Assembly (NCBI GenBank): GCA_964016885.1
Contig: OZ024740.1
Coordinates: 318,804,001 to 318,868,000, forward strand
Source: Eledone cirrhosa
Taxonomy: Eukaryota
DNA: 64,000 nucleotides
Direction: 5' to 3'
In this document: positions 61,701-64,000 of the stretch, piece by piece
Numbering within the stretch: the first letter of the stretch is position 1
How the letters are laid out: each line of letters opens with the position of its first letter
Position numbers and translations under genes: made by a program
Notes under the pieces: generated by a model
What the model saw: the letters and a program-made list of their open reading frames with translations, nothing else
The model's database searches: none
Told to the model about the DNA's origin: nothing

Positions 61701-62610
61701 AATCCAGAATTGTCTCGTCTATTTCCACAACTTACATTCTATCTGACATTCTAACGACTCTACCAATTCGAACTCTTTCTACTACATTACTAACTTTAAA
61801 TAATCCAGGATTGTCTCGTCTATTTCCACAACTTACATTCTATCTGACATTCTAACGACTCTACCAATTCGCTGTCTTTCTACTACAATACTCACAACAA
61901 ATAATCGAGGATTGTCTCGTCTAATTCCACAACTTACATTTTATCTGACATTCTAACGACTCTACCAATTTGCTGTCTTTCTACTACAATACTCACAACA
62001 AATAATCCAGGATTGTCTCGTCTTTTTCCACAACTTACGTTCTATCTGACATTCTAACGACTCTACCAATTCGAAGTCTTTCTACTACAATACTAACTTC
62101 AAATAATCCAGGATTGTCTCGTCTATTTTCACAACTTACATTCTATATGACATTCTAACGACTCTACCAATTCGAAGTCTTTCTACTACAATACTCACAA
62201 GAAATAATCCAGGATTGTCTCGTCTATTTCCACAACTTACATTCTATCTGACATTCTAACGACTCTACCAATTCGCTGTATTTCTACTACAGTACTCACA
62301 ACAAATAATCCAGCATTGTCTCGTTTATTTCCACAACTCACATTCTATCTGACATTCTAACGACTCTACCAATTCGAAGTCTTTCTACTACAATACTCAC
62401 AACAAATAATCCAGGAATGTCTCGTCTATTTCCACGACTTACATTCTATCTGACATTCAAACGACTCTATCAATTGGAAGTCTTTCTACTACAATACTAA
62501 CTTCAAATAATCCAGGATCGTCTCGTCTATTTCCACAACTTACATTCGATCTGACATTCTAACGACTCTACCAATTCGAAGTCTTTCTAATACAATACTA
62601 ACAAAAATAA
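55741..62610. repeat. Tandem duplication of a c. 40-monomer unit whose second copy lacks an 8-monomer and a 4-monomer segment
   Basis: Marker offsets step down: TCCGAAG 55811/59848 (4037), CACCTTAC...ATTCCAACG 57791/61021 (3230), GTCTAATTCC 59092/61919 (2827). Confidence 0.87.
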
Positions 62611-64000
62611 TCTAGGATTGTCTCGTCTATTTCCACAACTTACATTCTATCTGACATTCTAACGACTCTACCAATTCGCTGTCTTTCTACTACAATACTC
62701 ACAACAAATAATCCAGGAATGTCTCGTCTATTTCCACAACTTATATTCTGTCTGACATTCAAACGACTCTATCAATTGGAAGTCTTTCTACTACGATACT
62801 AACTTCAAATAATCCAGGATTGTCTCGTCTATTTCCACAACTTACATTCGATCTGACATTCTAACGACTCTACCAATTCGAAGTCTTTCTACTACAATAC
62901 TAACTTCAAATAATCCAGGATTGTCTCGTCTATTTCCACAACTTACATTCTATCTGACATTCTAACGACTCTTCAATTCGAAGTCTTTCTAATACAATAC
63001 TAACAAAAATAATCTAGGATTGTCTCGTCTATTTCCACAACTTACATTCTATCTGACATTCTAACGACTCTAACAATTCGCTGTCTTTCTAATACAATAC
63101 TCACAACAAAAAATCCAGGATGGTATCGTCTATTTCCACAACTTACATTCTATCTGACATTCTAACAACTCTACCAATTCGAAGTCTTTCTACTACAATA
63201 CTCACAACAAATAATCCAGTATCGTCTCGTCTATTTCCACACCTTACATTCTATCTGACATACTAACGAATCTAACAATTCGCAGTATTTCTACTACAAT
63301 ACTAACTTCAAATTATCCAGGATTGTCTCCTCTATTTCCACAACTTACATTCTATCTGATATTCTAACGACTCTACCAATTCGAAGTTTTTCTACTACAA
63401 TACTCACAACAAATAATCCAGGATTGTCTCGTTTATTTCCACAACATACATTCTATCTGACATTCTAACGACTCTACCAATTCGCTGTATTTCTACTACA
63501 ATACTCACAACAAATAATCCAGGATTGTCTCGTCTATTTCCACAACTTACATTCTATCTGACATTCTAACGACTCTACCAATTCGAAGTCTTTATACTAC
63601 AATACTAACTTCAAATAATCTAGAATTGTCTCGTCTATTTCCACAACTTACATTCTATCTGACATTTTAACGACTCTACCAATTCGAAGTCTTTCTACTA
63701 CATTACTAACTTTAAATAATCCAGGATTGTCTTGTCTATTTCCACAACTTACATTCTATCTGACATTCTAACGACTCCACCAATTCGAAGTCTTTCTACT
63801 ACAATACTAACAAAAATAATCTAGGATTGTCTCGACTATTTCCACAACTTACATTCTATCTGACATTCTAACGACTCTACTAATTCGAAGTCTTTCTGCT
63901 ACAATACTCACGAGAAATAATCCAGGATTCTCTGGACTATTTCCACAACTTACATTCTATCTGACATCCTAACGACTCTACCAATTCGCTGTCTTTCTAC

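Larger units (their letters stand above)
1..64000. repeat. Tandem satellite DNA array, 101-bp monomer, about 630-635 head-to-tail copies in one orientation; runs off both ends of the window
   Basis: AAATAATCC starts at 1 and again at 102. The CC of AATCCAGG (or its variant) recurs exactly every 101 bp where I tracked it (6983, 7084, 7185 ... 8801). The same consensus is readable in every line up to position 64000. Confidence 0.99.

Noticed and set aside
1-64000. CRISPR array or other repeat-spacer memory array
   Set aside because: There are no unique spacers. The variable slots are only 5-6 bp, drawn from a small recurring set inside a fully homologous 101-bp unit, and no leader or cas gene is present.
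1-64000. Telomeric repeat, suggested by the C-rich/G-poor strand bias
   Set aside because: There is no short telomerase-type unit and no long G-run on the minus strand. A long telomere-associated satellite cannot be excluded without chromosomal position.
1-64000. Single fixed-period higher-order repeat
   Set aside because: Measured offsets differ by region (11, 12, 17, 19, 31, 32, 40 and 55 monomers), and each unit is repeated only two or three times.

Overview
The whole 64,000-bp window is one uninterrupted, head-to-tail tandem array of a 101-bp satellite monomer (about 630-635 copies). The + strand consensus, read from position 1, is AAATAATCCAGGATTGTCTCGTCTATTTCCACAACTTACATTCTATCTGACATTCTAACGACTCTACCAATTCGAAGTCTTTCTACTACAATACTCACAAC (A32 C28 G8 T33, about 36% GC). 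I see no unique sequence, transposon, strand inversion, RNA gene or credible CDS; all ORFs in the track are translations of the monomer. The structure lies above the monomer level: recurring multi-base monomer variants, conserved orders of those variants, local block duplications of 1, 3, 11, 12, 17, 19, 31, 32, 40 and 55 monomers, and a turnover of variant families along the window, most clearly near 40 kb and 50 kb. This is most consistent with eukaryotic centromeric or other heterochromatic satellite DNA. I do not recognise the family or organism, and I cannot support a novel protein- or RNA-coding system here. All offsets were counted by eye from diagnostic variants, and block boundaries are approximate.
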